Below, in pieces: positions 13,761 through 29,908 of a stretch of 64,000 bases of DNA. Source of the DNA: Chrysomallon squamiferum (lineage: Eukaryota > Animalia > Mollusca); NCBI GenBank assembly GCA_012295275.1, contig CM022665.1:43524001-43588000 (forward strand). The letters are read 5' to 3'. The position numbers and the translations under genes were made by a program. The notes under the pieces were generated by a model. The model was not told the origin of the DNA. It did no database searches and was given only the letters and a program-made list of their open reading frames with translations. Numbering within the stretch: position 1 is the first letter of the stretch; every line of letters begins with the position of its first letter.

Positions 13761-14612
13761 TGTTAAGAGAGTGATTTCAATTCAAAGATTTTATAACACA
13801 TTTTTTGTTATTGTTCTTCTGTATTGAAACATTATTCACTGATTTTTTATTCCTCCTTCTTTTCTTGCTTTTTTTTCAGGATTAATTTTCTTTAAAACTC
13901 TTTTACATCTTTATTCAACCATCCATAACATCTCTCATCCATTTGTTGTTCCAGCTCACTGATTTATCTACCTGCTCAATCATTCTGTCATTACATCTCA
14001 CACACAAGTGATAAAGTGATAACGTTCCTCAGATAAAATGATAAAAGTTCTTGTATTCCTATCTCCACGTCTGACTAATACACGACGTTTTGCAACAGCC
14101 CTTCTCATCACTGACATTCATCAACAGAGGTCTCATACCACAGTTTTCCAAACAAACACGCACATATGAAATATCTAGAAGAAAAAAAAATTTAACCTCA
14201 GCAGTTCATCTTGATAATCAACCTCTCTTTACATTGTCATTATCTTTTCACTTCCCCATTTCTTCAATGCATTTTCTGCTCTCATACTACAAATGTTTCA
14301 TCCTCAGCTTTTTTTTTTTCTCTTTCCCGCTACTAGGTGTGTTTTACTACCCACTCTATCAGGCTACTCGCTGACTGCATGTTGGAATCTCCAGTCAAAC
14401 TGATGTTGGCAGATGAGTATCTGTGATATGCCTGTTCTCCCGATAACTCTGACAAATTGCAGCCAGTGTTTCCACATAACCGGGGCTATCATTGACAAAT
14501 TGTCAAATTTTTACTCAAAGTCTTACTGATAATGAAAACATTTATGTTGAATACTGAGAGCTTCGTGCACCTGTGTTTGTTATTTTTTAGTGTAGGTGGA
14601 ATTACAAGTGAG

Positions 14613-14616
<4 letters not shown>

Positions 14617-14696
<80 letters not shown>
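14617..14696. repeat. (GA)n microsatellite
   Basis: Pure GA run. Similar GA/CT runs at 17889-17961, 21198-21294, 29083-29172, 37598-37687, ~51910-51969 and ~62508-62552. Confidence 0.97.
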
Positions 14697-14700
<4 letters not shown>

Positions 14701-15879
14701 CTGGCTAAGGGAAGAGAAGGAGGTGCAGAAGGAGTAGTCACCTACAGAGGGATAGGGAAAGTGGAAACAGAAAAGAGTGGAGGATAAGGTTACACTAGAA
14801 ATTATGGAAGAGGTGATATAAGGAATAAAAAAACGAAATGAATACATTAGAAAGAAGGAATAGGATGGTGAGAAAAGGTGGAAAAAAGTGATAGTGATAT
14901 ACTTAGCAGAGGAAAAAAAGAAATTGAATTATGAATGAAATGGGGTAATGTTATGCAGAAAGGGATAGGAAAGTGGCATTATCTGAGAAAGGAAGGTTAA
15001 GGGCCAGAGACAGTGAGGATAGGGAGGTAGTGACATGAGCTGAAAAGGGGTGGTACGGTGCTGTGAGAACCTGTATTCTACTGGTTAAGATATAAGTGTA
15101 TATCACTAGCAGGTGTCAGATATACAAGAGGGATGAATTTGTAGCCAGTTTGGTCAGACATGTCTGTCAGTATGTATCTGATTAAAAGATAACGGATTAT
15201 CAGATTAACAGATTAAAGCTGATTTACCACACAGGCTGTCCATAGACTAACTGTAGTTTTATAAATGAATAGTTGTAGTTGATAAAAATATTACACAGTT
15301 AGACCATAACTAAAAAAATAAATGGGATATTCTTGTCCATTTTTTTTTTTAAATGTTTTTTTTTTTTTTTTTTACAAAAATGGAATTTAGTAGAACATAT
15401 GTACTAACTTGTATGATTTGTTTTCAATTTCAAAACATATTTATTAACACAAGAATCATTAGTAACCTAAACAGAAAATATATATTTAAACAAACATATA
15501 AAATAAGAAATTCAAACTAAGTAAAATTTTAATGTAGCTTTCTTTTCCTATTTAATGAAATGAAAAGAAAAAATATTTAATAATATAAAAATCTGTCTCT
15601 GAAGACGAAATCGTAATTGTTCTTCTTGTATCACAGGGTTTATTCCTACCAGTTACAGAACTTTACGTTACATTTTTATCAGCAAGATAAGCATGAACAA
15701 TGTTTGCGTCTAAATTAACGATCCAAGCATGTCACTTACGAGCACACCTCGTTTATTTCAGACTGTAACTCTAAATTCTGTATCTGAAGATGTTAGTCTG
15801 GTTCGAGGAACCTGGTTTTGTTACGAAACACGGGACACTAAATCTAGCATGAAAATCATTTAATGTCACGATCTCTTTA

Positions 15880-17000
15880 ATTTTATCACATCATTGTCCT
15901 ACGATCAGCGAAGATAAGAGACAAATTCCGCTACTAATTGACAGTGCTTGTGTCCGTCAACAGGCTGTAAATGTCTTGAGTGAGATACGCAGTTTGTTTT
16001 GACAAAGTAATTGTCTGAACATTCCACCGTTGGTTTGGTGCTTTGGCGGTATTGGTCTGATTTACGCCGAAGAGAAAAAAAGGTTTGTTTGGAAACGCGG
16101 TCGTTCTGCGACAAGTTTATCACCTGTTAATGGCAGCAGATAGCAGGAAATCGCGGCTCTTTCATCTCGCAATTAGTTCTCTGCCGGAAAAACACGACTA
16201 ACAGAACCGAACAACTGACGCTTGAACCGTCGAATTCGTTAAAGAGCAGAGAACTCTGTAAACATGTCGCAACTGTTTCCCTTCCATTTTAAAAAAATAA
16301 TAAAAATTGTTATTGTTATTAGAAGAGATAAGAGTCTATATAAAAAAAAAGAAAAAAGAAGCAATTAGTGAAAATGGATTGTTTTTCTTTTCCACACCGT
16401 CGCCTTTTGATTCATTTACTTATACGTTTTTGGTTGTCGACTTTTTTTTTTTTGCAAGACGAACAACTTCGCTTATCAGACGGAGTAAAACCATGTGGGT
16501 ACTGGTCAGCGGAGATACCGCTACGGGTAAACAGGACTGATTAACGACCGTCTCTGACCGATGATACCATGTGTTGAGCGAGGGACTAACTCCCCTGCCC
16601 CCCTACCCTTTGATCTGCATTCTGCAGCTCGTCTCTTATCTCCACTGCACGTTTCGCAAACGATCTTGCCACAATATTAATGACTACTTTTGTTGGGCAC
16701 TTGCGGTGCTTTCTGCATGTTCGTCTGCTCTGTTTACAAGCAGACACCGTTTTCGAGATGCCACTTCAAGCAGGATTAAACTGTTATTCGAAGAGTTTAA
16801 TGGGGAAGTGTAAACATCTCAGTGGGAAAGTTTTAATTGTGATGGCCTGCAGTTTGTTTGTGCTGTCATTTAACGTAAGCACTGGCATGAAAAAACGGTA
16901 CGCAGCCATTGTTTTGGTGTCATTTCAGATAGCGCCATGTGGTAGTCGGCCGATAAAAAAATAACCCCCAGAGAGTTAATATGGGATAATGATTTCTCCG
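15880..17000. promoter_or_regulatory. Largest CpG-rich island; candidate promoter or enhancer
   Basis: About 1.1 kb of complex sequence with many CpGs against a CpG-poor background; contains a CSL/Su(H) site GTGGGAA (~16822), GATA sites and CTTTGAT. No credible ORF. Confidence 0.35.
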
Positions 17001-17015
17001 TTGTTTGAGGGGGAC

Positions 17016-17049
<34 letters not shown>

Positions 17050-17885
17050 TATATCAAGAAACAAATTATTCTTTCAATATTTAATTTTTTATTTTAAAAA
17101 GTTTCTGTTAATGTTAAAAATATTTTGAGATGAAACGGTAACTAATGAAAGTTTATCAAGTAGCTTTAGCTGTGTAAAACTATTACACCTGACAGAGAAT
17201 TTAGCATAAAATTTATAAAATTAAAATGAAAGTTTAGCCCAGTTTTTATTATTGTAAATATTACATTAAAATAGTTAATTCTAAACACTTAACAGAACAC
17301 TTAACGTCATGCAGAATATTTTATCCATATCAAATACTTGCGCTGTTATTATCATCATTTCTCTATTTAATCATTCTGTTGACAAGGCCTCATAAAGCGA
17401 AATGAAAATGCCTCTGTAGTACAGAATCAGTTTGATAAAAACTTTATCAATAATTTGATCTCACTGACCCCACGTCGAACTTTTCAATAAAATATCTACA
17501 AGCTTTATCACTCGGGACATCTTATAAACCGTCACAAACCGCTAACAGAAATCTTTCAAAATCCACATCAAAATGGACATTTCACATTTTGTTTGTTTAT
17601 TTGGTAGAACACAGGCCAGGGTAGGGTGTTGATGGGATTACTTAAGAGTTAAGATGTGTGATTTGGTTTTGATAAGCTGTGAGAATGGTTCAGCGTAATA
17701 AAAATTAATCCATGGTTAAAACCAGGTTGCTTTGATGTTCTGATCCGTGTTTTGGCCTCTTGTTGTTGTTGTTATGAAAAGTGAGATCGTCTTGTATTAA
17801 GACCGGCAGTGATAAGTATTTCTTGCCTTATCTGTGTTGAAAAAACACGAGATATGCTTAATAATCAAATACATGGCATGTATCT

Positions 17886-17964
<79 letters not shown>

Positions 17965-18130
17965 ACTGCAGGAAAAAAACGAAAAAAACAACAACAAAAA
18001 AACAACAACATACTGACATAAACAATATGGAAATTTCATAAATAAAGGCATATTTAGTAATATACGTTTTTTGAAATACATTTCCAGATTTGCTTACAAA
18101 TATGTTTTGGGGCCTCTTTTCAATGAATAA

Positions 18131-18161
<31 letters not shown>

Positions 18162-20637
18162 CATACATACATACATACATACATACATTCATACAAACCA
18201 GATATATGAATACACCGACACATACATTACATACATACATATACAAACACACATATTTACACACATATATTGTAAAAATTGTACATAATTGTGTCAATGC
18301 TAAGTGGATTATTTTCAAAATAAATGCTAAAACACTACTACTACAAAATTCCTAATATAGGATATAATATCTTTAAATGCACATTTACTGCAGTTCAATT
18401 GTAATAAATATATAATTTATTTTTCTTCTTCTTCTTGTTGTTCAAAATCGACAGTAAACATTAACGACATTCCCATCTTGAGAATTTGACACAAAGAAGC
18501 GGACGACAAAAGACTTATTTATTTCTACTAATGATTATTTTTCTCACACTGTTTAGACTGCAATCATTTATTTCCAGCTTTAAAAAAAAAAAAAAAAAAA
18601 AAAAGAAGAAGAAAAAAAAGAAAAAAAGAGGGTCACCACCTCCCAACACCACTACACTTAGTTTTTCTTTGATCGTAAATAATGGCCTCTTTACTCTATG
18701 ACTTGCAATCATTTAGGCATCAATTCACCAATCGGATCACAATCTCCATCACGGGGAGAGCACTCCATTGTCTCCGTGATTGCCACTAATGTCCCAGCAG
18801 ATCTCGTAAATTTACCCTACAGTGAAATGAAATCTTGCAGCCCACTACACTTGCATTGGTGACCATCACGAAAAACCCGGCTACTTATTAATTATACCCC
18901 GTCGAACCTTAGTTACCCCCTCTGCATTGAAAAAAAAAAATAATAATAAAGAAGACGAAGAAGAAGAAGAAGAATGAACAAACAGCCATAAATAAAAGCG
19001 TAAGAAAAGTTTAATTGGCTCGGAGTTTTTACTGGATCCCCTGCATGTAGTTAGTTTTGCATTGCGGCTAGTACCGGTATTCCTTGGAGACCGCATTATT
19101 TAGCCAATTATCCGATTTGGGTCCCGGTTAGATTTCCAGATAAAAACTTCGAGTGACAAAGATCTCTTGAGCTGGTAAGATGAATGCTCATTGACAGTAA
19201 TGACTGACATTGTTGTATCTTTACACTTTGTTTCCAGATTTCCGTTTGAAATGCACACCAGCCTCCGTGTCTACCCCTTTCCTCTTTTACTGTTGATTAC
19301 TGTTAAACACTTTAATAGGATCCGCATACTTCGTCAGTTTTAAATCTTCCAGTTTTGTAAGTTAATGTTGTTTTAAAGAGCTGAAGGATATTTTTATTTT
19401 GTTTTGTTAGTACTTTTTATTATTATTATTATTAATTTTTTTTTTAATAAACAAATATTGTTCACGTCACTTACCATTGTCATTTAATCCATTGCAAATT
19501 CATGATAAAGTTTTGAAATCAAACCCCTGTATACTTCATCCAAAAAACTATTTTGCCCCTACCAAAACATATTTTGACTTTCCTTGAGAAGGCATTTTGA
19601 ACTTTTTATTATATTATATTATATTTATTATATTTTATATTATATTATATATTTATACATTATTTATTTTTATTTTATTTTTTATTTTATTTTTATTTTT
19701 TAGTATATTATTATTATTATTATTTTCTTCTCTTTTTCATCAGATTTTGTCCTACTGTGAAAATTACTTGAAGGAGTTTGTCCTATGCTGTCCTATTCTT
19801 GAAACTGTATTTTGTCCTATTTTGTATACTTTTCTTCATAGATTTCTATCTTACCTAGGGGTATATTTGAGAAGGGATTGCCCTGAAGTGCACTTTCCTT
19901 TTACAGTTTGTTTATGAGATTTGGTGTGATGACATGATTTTTAAAGAGATACTCAAAATAAAAAAAATTTTAAATCTTAAAAATGTTTTGTTGTATTTGA
20001 CACTTTGAAATTCTTATACAAAATACACTTTAATGTTTTACATGCAAAATCCATTTTGAAAACAAAACTTGTAAGAAATAAAAAATCTTAAATATCAGTA
20101 TTTCAAAATGTTTCATTTAAATTACAATTATTCTTTTTCACTTTTTTTTAATTTTAATTTTTATTTTCTTATCCATGTTATAACACTTATTCTTCTTTTT
20201 CTTAAAAATATTTTTTTTCTTGTCCAGAACAGTGAACATGCCAAGAAGAAAAAAAAAACCTACATGCATGCAGTGATGTCACAAAGAGATAATCTTTTAA
20301 TCCAGGGATAGGTGATATCTGATAATCCCAGCATATCATCTTCAACTTGTCCTGAAACGATTGGATTACCTGAAGATTACTGGTCTGTCAAGATGGACAA
20401 ATTTGTCACGGTTCGTCATTTTTTAAAATTTTTTTTTTTTTTTTTTTCATTTGTCCAGGATTAGAGCAGAAAAGCCTTTGTCATTTTGTTGAGGTATCGC
20501 TGTGTTTGTAACGGTTGTAGATGGTCAGAAATTGGACAGAACAATTACATGAATAGACATTTAGAATCGGCTTTGAAAAGGTCATTTTTTTGAGTCTGAC
20601 AGTAAAATTATAGTCATTTTGGATCACTAGAGTGACA

Positions 20638-20650
20638 GTTGCTTAGCAAC
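20638..20650. promoter_or_regulatory. RFX X-box-like palindrome
   Basis: GTTGCTTAGCAAC fits the RFX consensus GTTGC-N1-3-TAGCAAC and overlaps GAGTGACAG (TALE-type motif). Confidence 0.4.
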
Positions 20651-20748
20651 AAATCCGTTATTTATGTTCAAATAAAGGTGGTGTTGTGTTTTCATAATCA
20701 AATGACAGGCTTACTGTAGCATTTGTCTTTTTTAAAAGATATTCTGTG

Positions 20749-20787
<39 letters not shown>

Positions 20788-21194
20788 GTAATAAAATACT
20801 AATTTTGAAAATATTTGTAAAACTGAAAATTCATTTTATAGTTTAAGGTGTTGGTTAATAGGTGAAGTTTAAATAAAGTTCTGTAAGATATGTCTGAAAA
20901 AAAATGACTATGCCATGAACAAATTATGTGTAAGCATTTACCACTATCATTTCAGATACAAAATAATGGAAAAACACTGAAGTAAGCCAGTATCAGAGTG
21001 AACAGACTGTCAATGTCATTAGGGATTCAAAATAAATTATAAATATTTTGTTATATTCCCTCTGACACTTGGTAATTTGTACAAAAAATGAAAAACATCA
21101 TAAAGCAAAAATCAGTTTCCTTTCAGTTACTACCTGTTCAAAATCATATTATCAACATGTAATGAATTATTATTACAGTGAATTTCTGTTATAT

Positions 21195-21298
<104 letters not shown>

Positions 21299-21594
21299 TA
21301 CATACAGATGAGACAAGACAAATAATAAAATAACTAACTAACTAACTAAATAAATTAAAGCAAAAAAAAAAAAAAAAAATCCATATAACAAGCAAACCCC
21401 CTCCAAAAAAAAACAACAACAACAAAAAAATACCTGGGTGGTAATCGTGCTGTATTTACTTTCAGAACACACAAACACTGATTTTCTGAATAACATGGAC
21501 AGTGTTTGCATGCACAATACGTAATAACAATAATAATAACTACGACCTTCAAACCAGTTTCTACTTCAGCGTGCTCATTTATGTTACGTCTGAC

Positions 21595-21629
<35 letters not shown>

Positions 21630-22074
21630 CATCTATTCTAACATGGAAACTCTAAACCTTCCATTGTAAATGCTGTAGACAATAGGAGGTCATAAATTAT
21701 CACTGATACCTCATACCACGTTACACAGTTTTACTTATCTCCATTTCTTTTATGAGCTGGCATTGTTTGCTGTTGTGATCGCAAATACTGTCTGTGTGTG
21801 TTGCATTAAGTTTGAGCACAAATTTGAGGGAAGGTTTTGCTATCGGTGATCCAATCATGAATATGTGGTGTGTGTGGTGTGTGGTGTGTGTGTGGTGGTG
21901 GGGTGGGAGGAGTGGTGGGGGGGTTGTATGGAAATCTCAGAGTTACTTTTGTTGTTAAACTTTTGAATACAAAAGAAACAACTTTGATGGGTTTGTGATA
22001 TGACTGTTGCCATTAAAACGTGACAAGGAAACCACATGGAAAGATCTCTTGTCTTGTTGTTTTTGTGTTTTTTT

Positions 22075-22665
<591 letters not shown>

Positions 22666-22809
22666 CATATATCACCCATGAATCTTCTTCAACTTTTAAC
22701 TTCTCTCATTCACTGAACTCTCAGATTAAAATTTTCCTGTTGTATTATTACCTCTATAACAAAATACAAAATTATTATTAAGATACAAATAAAAAATATA
22801 TATATATAC

Positions 22810-23281
<472 letters not shown>

Positions 23282-23584
23282 TTAACCACTTATGAGGGAT
23301 GAACTGGTATGCACCAGTTCTATTTTTCATTTTTCGTAGTATCTTTATGTAATCACATCTGTTTACCTGTAATTACCTTTGATTGACATCTAACCAGCTG
23401 ATTTGGCTGTGAGTCAGTTCTGTGACAAATGGATGGATGTATTTACTGAAATATTTTATTAAACTGTAATTTAAAAGTGAAAACGTATATGAACGTTTTA
23501 ATGAAGACGTTTTCAACAACCTGTATACATTTTCAGTTAATACTGCACACTCAGATGACCCCCAACAACTGATTTGCATATTAA

Positions 23585-23747
23585 GGGGCTTTCACACTAA
23601 ATGATATATAGCACCATGTGTGTTGTATGTAATTGAATTGTACTGAGGGCACGAGTAATGTATTTTACCTCAGTCATAAGATTGATGTGTTTTCACACTA
23701 TAAATCCATGACTTACAACACTATGAGTTGCACAGTGTGAACCTGCC
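23585..23747. mobile_element. PIF/Harbinger-like MITE relic (~163 bp)
   Basis: TAA-GGGGCTTTCACACT ... AGTGTGAACCTGCC-TTT imperfect 14-bp terminal inverted repeats with an internal TTTCACACTA copy. GG-N-TTCACACT ends after TAA are typical of animal Harbinger MITEs. Confidence 0.55.
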
Positions 23748-24065
23748 TTTCTTTCTCTATTACACTTTAACAGGTATTAACCATAAGAATCATTCAATAT
23801 GGAAGAATCTACATGCAGCACAGACTTAGAAATCAAAGAGCCCTGGTTGGAACTGGAGATTACCCAGTAATTAAACCCAGGAGAATTGAATTTTCTGCCC
23901 AAAACATCTCAGGGTGTTATTCTGTTAAGTGCAGACTTTGATTTCAGTAGTTTCTTCAAGATAATACAAAATATGCAGTAATAATTAAGCAGTTTCTTCA
24001 AGATAATAATTAGACACATTATTTTAAATTGATTTTTTTTTTAAATGTGTATCTTTCCTTGTTAC

Positions 24066-24381
24066 CAGTAGTGCACCTACATGTTTTTAGGGGCCCAAAG
24101 GTTTGACTGTGATGGGGACCCTATTCAAGCCACAACCAGGACTGGGTAAATACGGTTATCTTCTTCAAATGGGCTTGTTCAACCATAACAGATCATCATA
24201 AATTTTTGAATAAAATTTAATCTCGGATTTGGATTAAAATTCTGAATCAGTGAGGATTAAAGATGATTCTGGGGTCCCTCTAGGATTAGTGGCTCTTCTA
24301 GGATTAGTGCCTTCTCTGGGATTAGTGGGGGGGGGTCCTCAAGCTTAAGCCTAATTAGTTTCATAACCACATCTACCCTTG
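24066..24381. mobile_element. Possible decayed hAT-like non-autonomous element with internal 18-bp repeats
   Basis: Begins CAGTAGTGCACCTAC..AGGGGCCC and ends GGGGTCCTCAAGCTTAAGCCTAATTAGTTTCATAACCACATCTACCCTTG, an arrangement I recall from invertebrate CAG-ended MITEs. Three CTAGGATTAGTG-type units at 18-bp spacing. TSD not recognisable. Confidence 0.35.
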
Positions 24382-24868
24382 CTTGTTACCAAGATATTCA
24401 AACTTGTCTTCCGTCAAAACACTGACTGTTACCAGAGTAACGAGCTGAGATACCAGAGTAACCAGCTGATTGCTGGCTCATTTCTCTCTACAACACACTG
24501 TCAAGTATTGGAAACTCTAAACATCCCCAGTTTTTATTGAATGATTTTATTAGTTTTTGCAACAACGACACTTTGCTGTGAAGTTGGCTAATTTGTTTCT
24601 TCAGAATGCAGGACCTGCTCTTGTTGCCTGTGGTTTTGTGGGATTGGAGGCAGGGCTTGGTAGTGAGTAACTGTACACAGGTACTGGAATGTGACATTTG
24701 AAAAGATAACACATCTGGGACCAGTTGTTGGAGTTAAGTCTCTTGACTTGTTTCATACAAAATGTACTGGATCTCTGAATCTAGCTCCCCTGTCTGTGTG
24801 ACCGTGTGTGTTTGTGTGTGTGTGATTTCCCGTTCCAACTAGATAATAATAATAATGATAATGATGAA

Positions 24869-24910
<42 letters not shown>

Positions 24911-24925
24911 TAATAAATAATAATA

Positions 24926-24968
<43 letters not shown>

Positions 24969-27065
24969 TTTAAAGATTACTTGTTTTTGACTTTTATTTG
25001 TTGATTTAATACATTTTGTTCTTGTGTTCTGAATTATAACAAACTGAAGATTTAGATAATGACAAATGTATATCATAACTCTACATAAAATAAAAAAAAA
25101 AAAAAATAATAATAATAATAACAATACTACTACTACTACTACTACTACTACTAATACTACTACTACTAATAATAATAATTATTATTATAATGATAATGAT
25201 GATAATAATAATAATAAAATGATAGTAATAATAATAATTACAGAAAAAGCCAGCAAACTATATCTTAAGCTTTAACCTTTTCACCTGCGTGGTATATATA
25301 TAATATATCTAATGGACAGTGTGTGTTATATCTGTGTGTGGGGAAAGTTGTTACTTCACAGATAAGAGTTAACACAATGTTATCAGTGTCAGTACATAAT
25401 GCCTGTCTGTGTATATCACCTGTTTCACTCATCCATTTGCCTAGAGAGTGTCTTGTAAACAACATCGCTTGTGTCAAAAACCTACAGTGGCTGAGTCGAG
25501 GGTGTCTCCAAAGCGTTTGTGGTGATGAAGAGAATGTAATAGATATTTCTTTTTTTTTTTTTTTTTTTAATGACATCTGAAGAGTTTTATATGTTATTCT
25601 TTATTAGAAGATAATAATGTCATGAAAAAGTAATTTTACTGTAATAATAATTCATTAGATGTTGATGATGTGATTTTTATATTGGAAAGTATCTGAAAGG
25701 AGACTGATTTTTGCTTCAAGATGTGATTTTCTTCATGATCAGTATTCAGTGATCTTTCTTATGAATTTTACCGTATCACAAATTCACTATGATATACTAG
25801 TCATGTGTCTAGGACTTTCATGGGAAATTCCCTAACCTGTGTACTGTGGAGAATGGTCAAATCATCAGGCAAAACATTTTTTTTTTTGACGAATAACAAA
25901 ACGATAACCCAGAGCTCTTGACCACTGGTCCACCACCTGTCCATCTGGATTGAGACCCGTCCTGCCACCATTCCTGACCACCCCAGGGACGTCAGAATGA
26001 CCGCGGTGGGCTGAGGGAGGTGTACTTGTCGTGTTCTGGCTGTTAAACTTGTTAATGAAATGTTGCTCAATCCTGCAGCCTCCAGTGACTTTTTCTGTGT
26101 CTCTTTTAACGAGGCAGCAATTCCCCAGACTCTTGTTAATGCCTGGTTTTTACTTTTAGTGATGTCATCGTAGTTTGTCTTCTCTGGTTTGAAAATTTCT
26201 TGATTAATTTTCACGTTTTTTGATAATTTTCACCTACAGTCTTTAAAGTGTGTTTTTTTTTTGTTTTTTTTGTCTAGTAAAGGGATTTTTTTTATAAGCT
26301 TTGTTCTGAAAAACAAGATGGCATTATATCTAGGCTTTTTGATGTATCAGTTTTGTAGGGTAATGGTTGGAATGGGAAAAAAGATGAATATGGTTGAACA
26401 GGGATCAGTTGTAAATTGATCATGCATTAAATGAATATTTTATTATTATTGTTATTGTTATTATTATTATTATTATTTGGATTTTTTTTTATTAATAGCT
26501 TAATTTCATCCAAACTGGTTGTTGCTGATTTTGTTAATATGTTGAAATTATTTTTCAACTTATGGTAAGGTGTAAATTAAAGAATCTTTTTGCTGTTTGT
26601 TATGAATAATGGCCTCAAGTATTTTATATATATAGTTTGCACCTGTTGAACATTAATATTATAATTAGAATCTTCAAACTGCATGAAAAATAATCCTATA
26701 AAAAGAATCAACTTTATCAAAATCGATCCTTTATAAAGTAACATAAATAACATGCTTTTAAAAAAAAAAAAAAAAAATTAAAAAAAAACATACTGCACCA
26801 AAAGCACACATCATAAACAACAAGTTTTCATTCAAGGATTGGTGTGTTTTTTTTTTTTTTTTTGTTTGCTCATCTGCTGGATATCCCAGTGACAAGTTGT
26901 TTGCATTGTCAATCTGTTGTGAATATTACAAATGTGGTGTTTTGGCATTCTGCAACACAATATCCCTGTTATAAATATATCAACTGTCTTCGGCAGAGCT
27001 GGGGTCTCAGACAGCACTGGAAACTCTCAGCAATGGTTTGACAATGGGTCAGAAAATGAATGAAA

Positions 27066-27103
<38 letters not shown>

Positions 27104-27588
27104 ATGTATTATGAAATTGCCAGACATCTGAAGACAATCACAGCCATTATTCCTTGCTATAGGATCTCCTTTCCAGCTTATATATTTTCTTTTCTGTTTT
27201 AGGTTTTTTCTATAGGCCAGAAAAAAAAGTCTTGTTTATTTATTTCCATAGATTGTTTCCATGTGCTTCAAAATGCTGACACGTTAGTCTGTGTTTGTAC
27301 GTTTAATACTATGGTGCACACACAGATTTAATAACCAGTGAGGGGAAAAAAATAAAAAAATAAAATAAAATAAAAATAAAATGATGACAACTTCATTTAT
27401 GTGGCTTCATTGTTTGGATTTGAGTTTATTTTATCAGCTGATTTTCTGAGTAAATAAAAACACAACTGACCTTATGAAATGTGTGTATATACGGTGTCCT
27501 ATAGTTTGTTAGAAAGAGGAATGTGTTATTGTTCCTAGAATTTGTGATAGTATTAACTTCATCTTCTTCTTTTCCTTCTTCTTCTTCT

Positions 27589-28345
27589 TATTATTATTAT
27601 ATGTATTATTACTATTATTTTTATTATTATTACAATATTATTATTATTATTACTATTATTATTATTATATATATTATTACTATTATTATTATATATATTA
27701 TTACTATTATTACTATTATTATTATAATATTATTATTATTATTATTATTACTATTATTATTATTATTAATTGTCATCACTGTAACATATTTATACTCTTA
27801 GGAAAAAGGGTATGGTAATATCTTGTATTGCCTTATTAATATTGCTGTTGTTGTTATTACAACATTATTATTAATGTTATTGTTATTATTATTATTGTCA
27901 TTAATTGTTATTACTGTAATATTTATACTCTTAGGAGTATAGTGCTATTTTTTGTATTACCTTACCAATATTGCTATTGTTGTTATTATTACATTATTAA
28001 TAATTATTATTATTATTATTAATTATTATTATTATTATTATTATTATTAAATTGTTGATACTATTGTCATAGCTGTTGTTAGTAATAATAATGGTAAGTA
28101 TAATTATGGAAATAGTAACATTGTTGTTATTGTTATTATTATTAGTACAGTATTATTATTATACTTCAGCATCTATTACTATTACTGCTCTGTTATTATT
28201 TTTACTATTACTGTTACTAAAGCTATTACATTATTATTATTATTTCTATCATCTCTGCTATTATTACAACTACTACTTCTTACTATTATTATTACTACTA
28301 CTACTACTACTACTACTACAACTTCTACTATACTATTATCATTAT

Positions 28346-28376
<31 letters not shown>

Positions 28377-28600
28377 TCTATCACCACAGCTGTTATTACT
28401 ACTACTACTACTACTACTACTACCACTACTACTACTTCTTATTATTATTATTACTATTATGATTACTATTACTTCTGTTACTACTACAACTACTTCTACA
28501 TTATTATGATTATTATATTATTATTATTATTATTATTATTGCTACTACTACTTTGTTACTATCATTACTATTATTAATAATATTACTACTACTACTACAG
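27589..28600. repeat. Compound (TAT/TAC)n trinucleotide field
   Basis: About 1 kb of TAT/TAC/TGT triplets. Similar fields at ~270-520, 24840-25240, 33450-33665, 39240-39311, 42167-42378, 42830-43330 and 52760-53180. Confidence 0.95.
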
Positions 28601-29079
28601 CACCTACTATTCCCACTCCTTCTTTTTACATTTTATTTTCAAAGTCTTTATAGATACACTACATCCCCGTTGTTGGGATAAACTCACTAATCATATTGCA
28701 GATATAGCATACGGAGATATAATCCACACGCATTCATCAGCTAAGACCCGTACCTCACAGACTTGCTGCCATGTCACTGCTTTGCATTCACTTTGACAAC
28801 AAAGCCACAATCCCCTCAACTCGAATCAAGACGATTGCTTTCAAAAGCAGGATGTACGAGTTACCGAGAATCGGACGAATATTGCTGTTAATTGTAATAA
28901 ATTTATCTCCGCAAACAGGAGATTTGCATAATGTTTACCCCGCGTGGATAGATAAGATTTTGCCGTCATCGTTGTAGATGTTGATGTCGCTAATGTCGCC
29001 AGCCTGGTGATTTATAGGTTTTTTTTTTTGTTATTTTGTTTACCACTGAATTTCCTTAAAAGGGATTTGATTTTCTTCT

Positions 29080-29177
<98 letters not shown>

Positions 29178-29765
29178 ACTGATTTATTCAGTCTGTCATA
29201 ATCTTTTTTTTTTTTATGTTTTGATAGATAAAAAGATATTAGTTATAAATTTTCATTTATGTGGAGTGTGTGGTTTGTTTTGTTTGTGTTGTTTCTGGGT
29301 TTTTTTTGTTTTTTTTTGTAATGAATGATTGAATCTTGTTTTAGAAAATTTAAATTTGTGAGAGGTTTTTGTCGTGATGGTTACTTTTGGATAATGGATT
29401 GATTAATTCTTGTTTTTTATTATTTTTTTTAGTAAAAAATCGTTAAGGTAAAATGGTTGTTTAATGATTATGTGTCACTGAGGGAAAATGTTTTTACACA
29501 TGACTCACATTAGTTATCAAGATCAGATACTTTTAATATGTATGGTTCTGTGCTCAGGACATTTTGTAAACACATTATGTTTAGTAAAGCAGTTCGGAGA
29601 CGTAGTTAGAATGGGGAAATAGATAATTTAGGTGTACTGGTGAAGATTAATGTTCTGTTTTTGGTCACTGGTGCTTTGTTTTCTTAGCAGTCAGATATAT
29701 ATATATATCTGAAAAATTAATGAATAAATGAAAATGTGTAGATGTATGTGAAGCTTCTGTATGTT

Positions 29766-29801
<36 letters not shown>

Positions 29802-29861
29802 TTTGTATGTATCTATTTATATATATAGATACATGCATGCTTACATACATACATACATACA

Positions 29862-29908
<47 letters not shown>

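Noticed and set aside
25801-26214. 137-aa minus-strand ORF in complex sequence
   Set aside because: GTG start, in-frame stop just upstream, no recognisable domain or convincing splice sites. A BLASTP or RNA-seq hit would overturn this.
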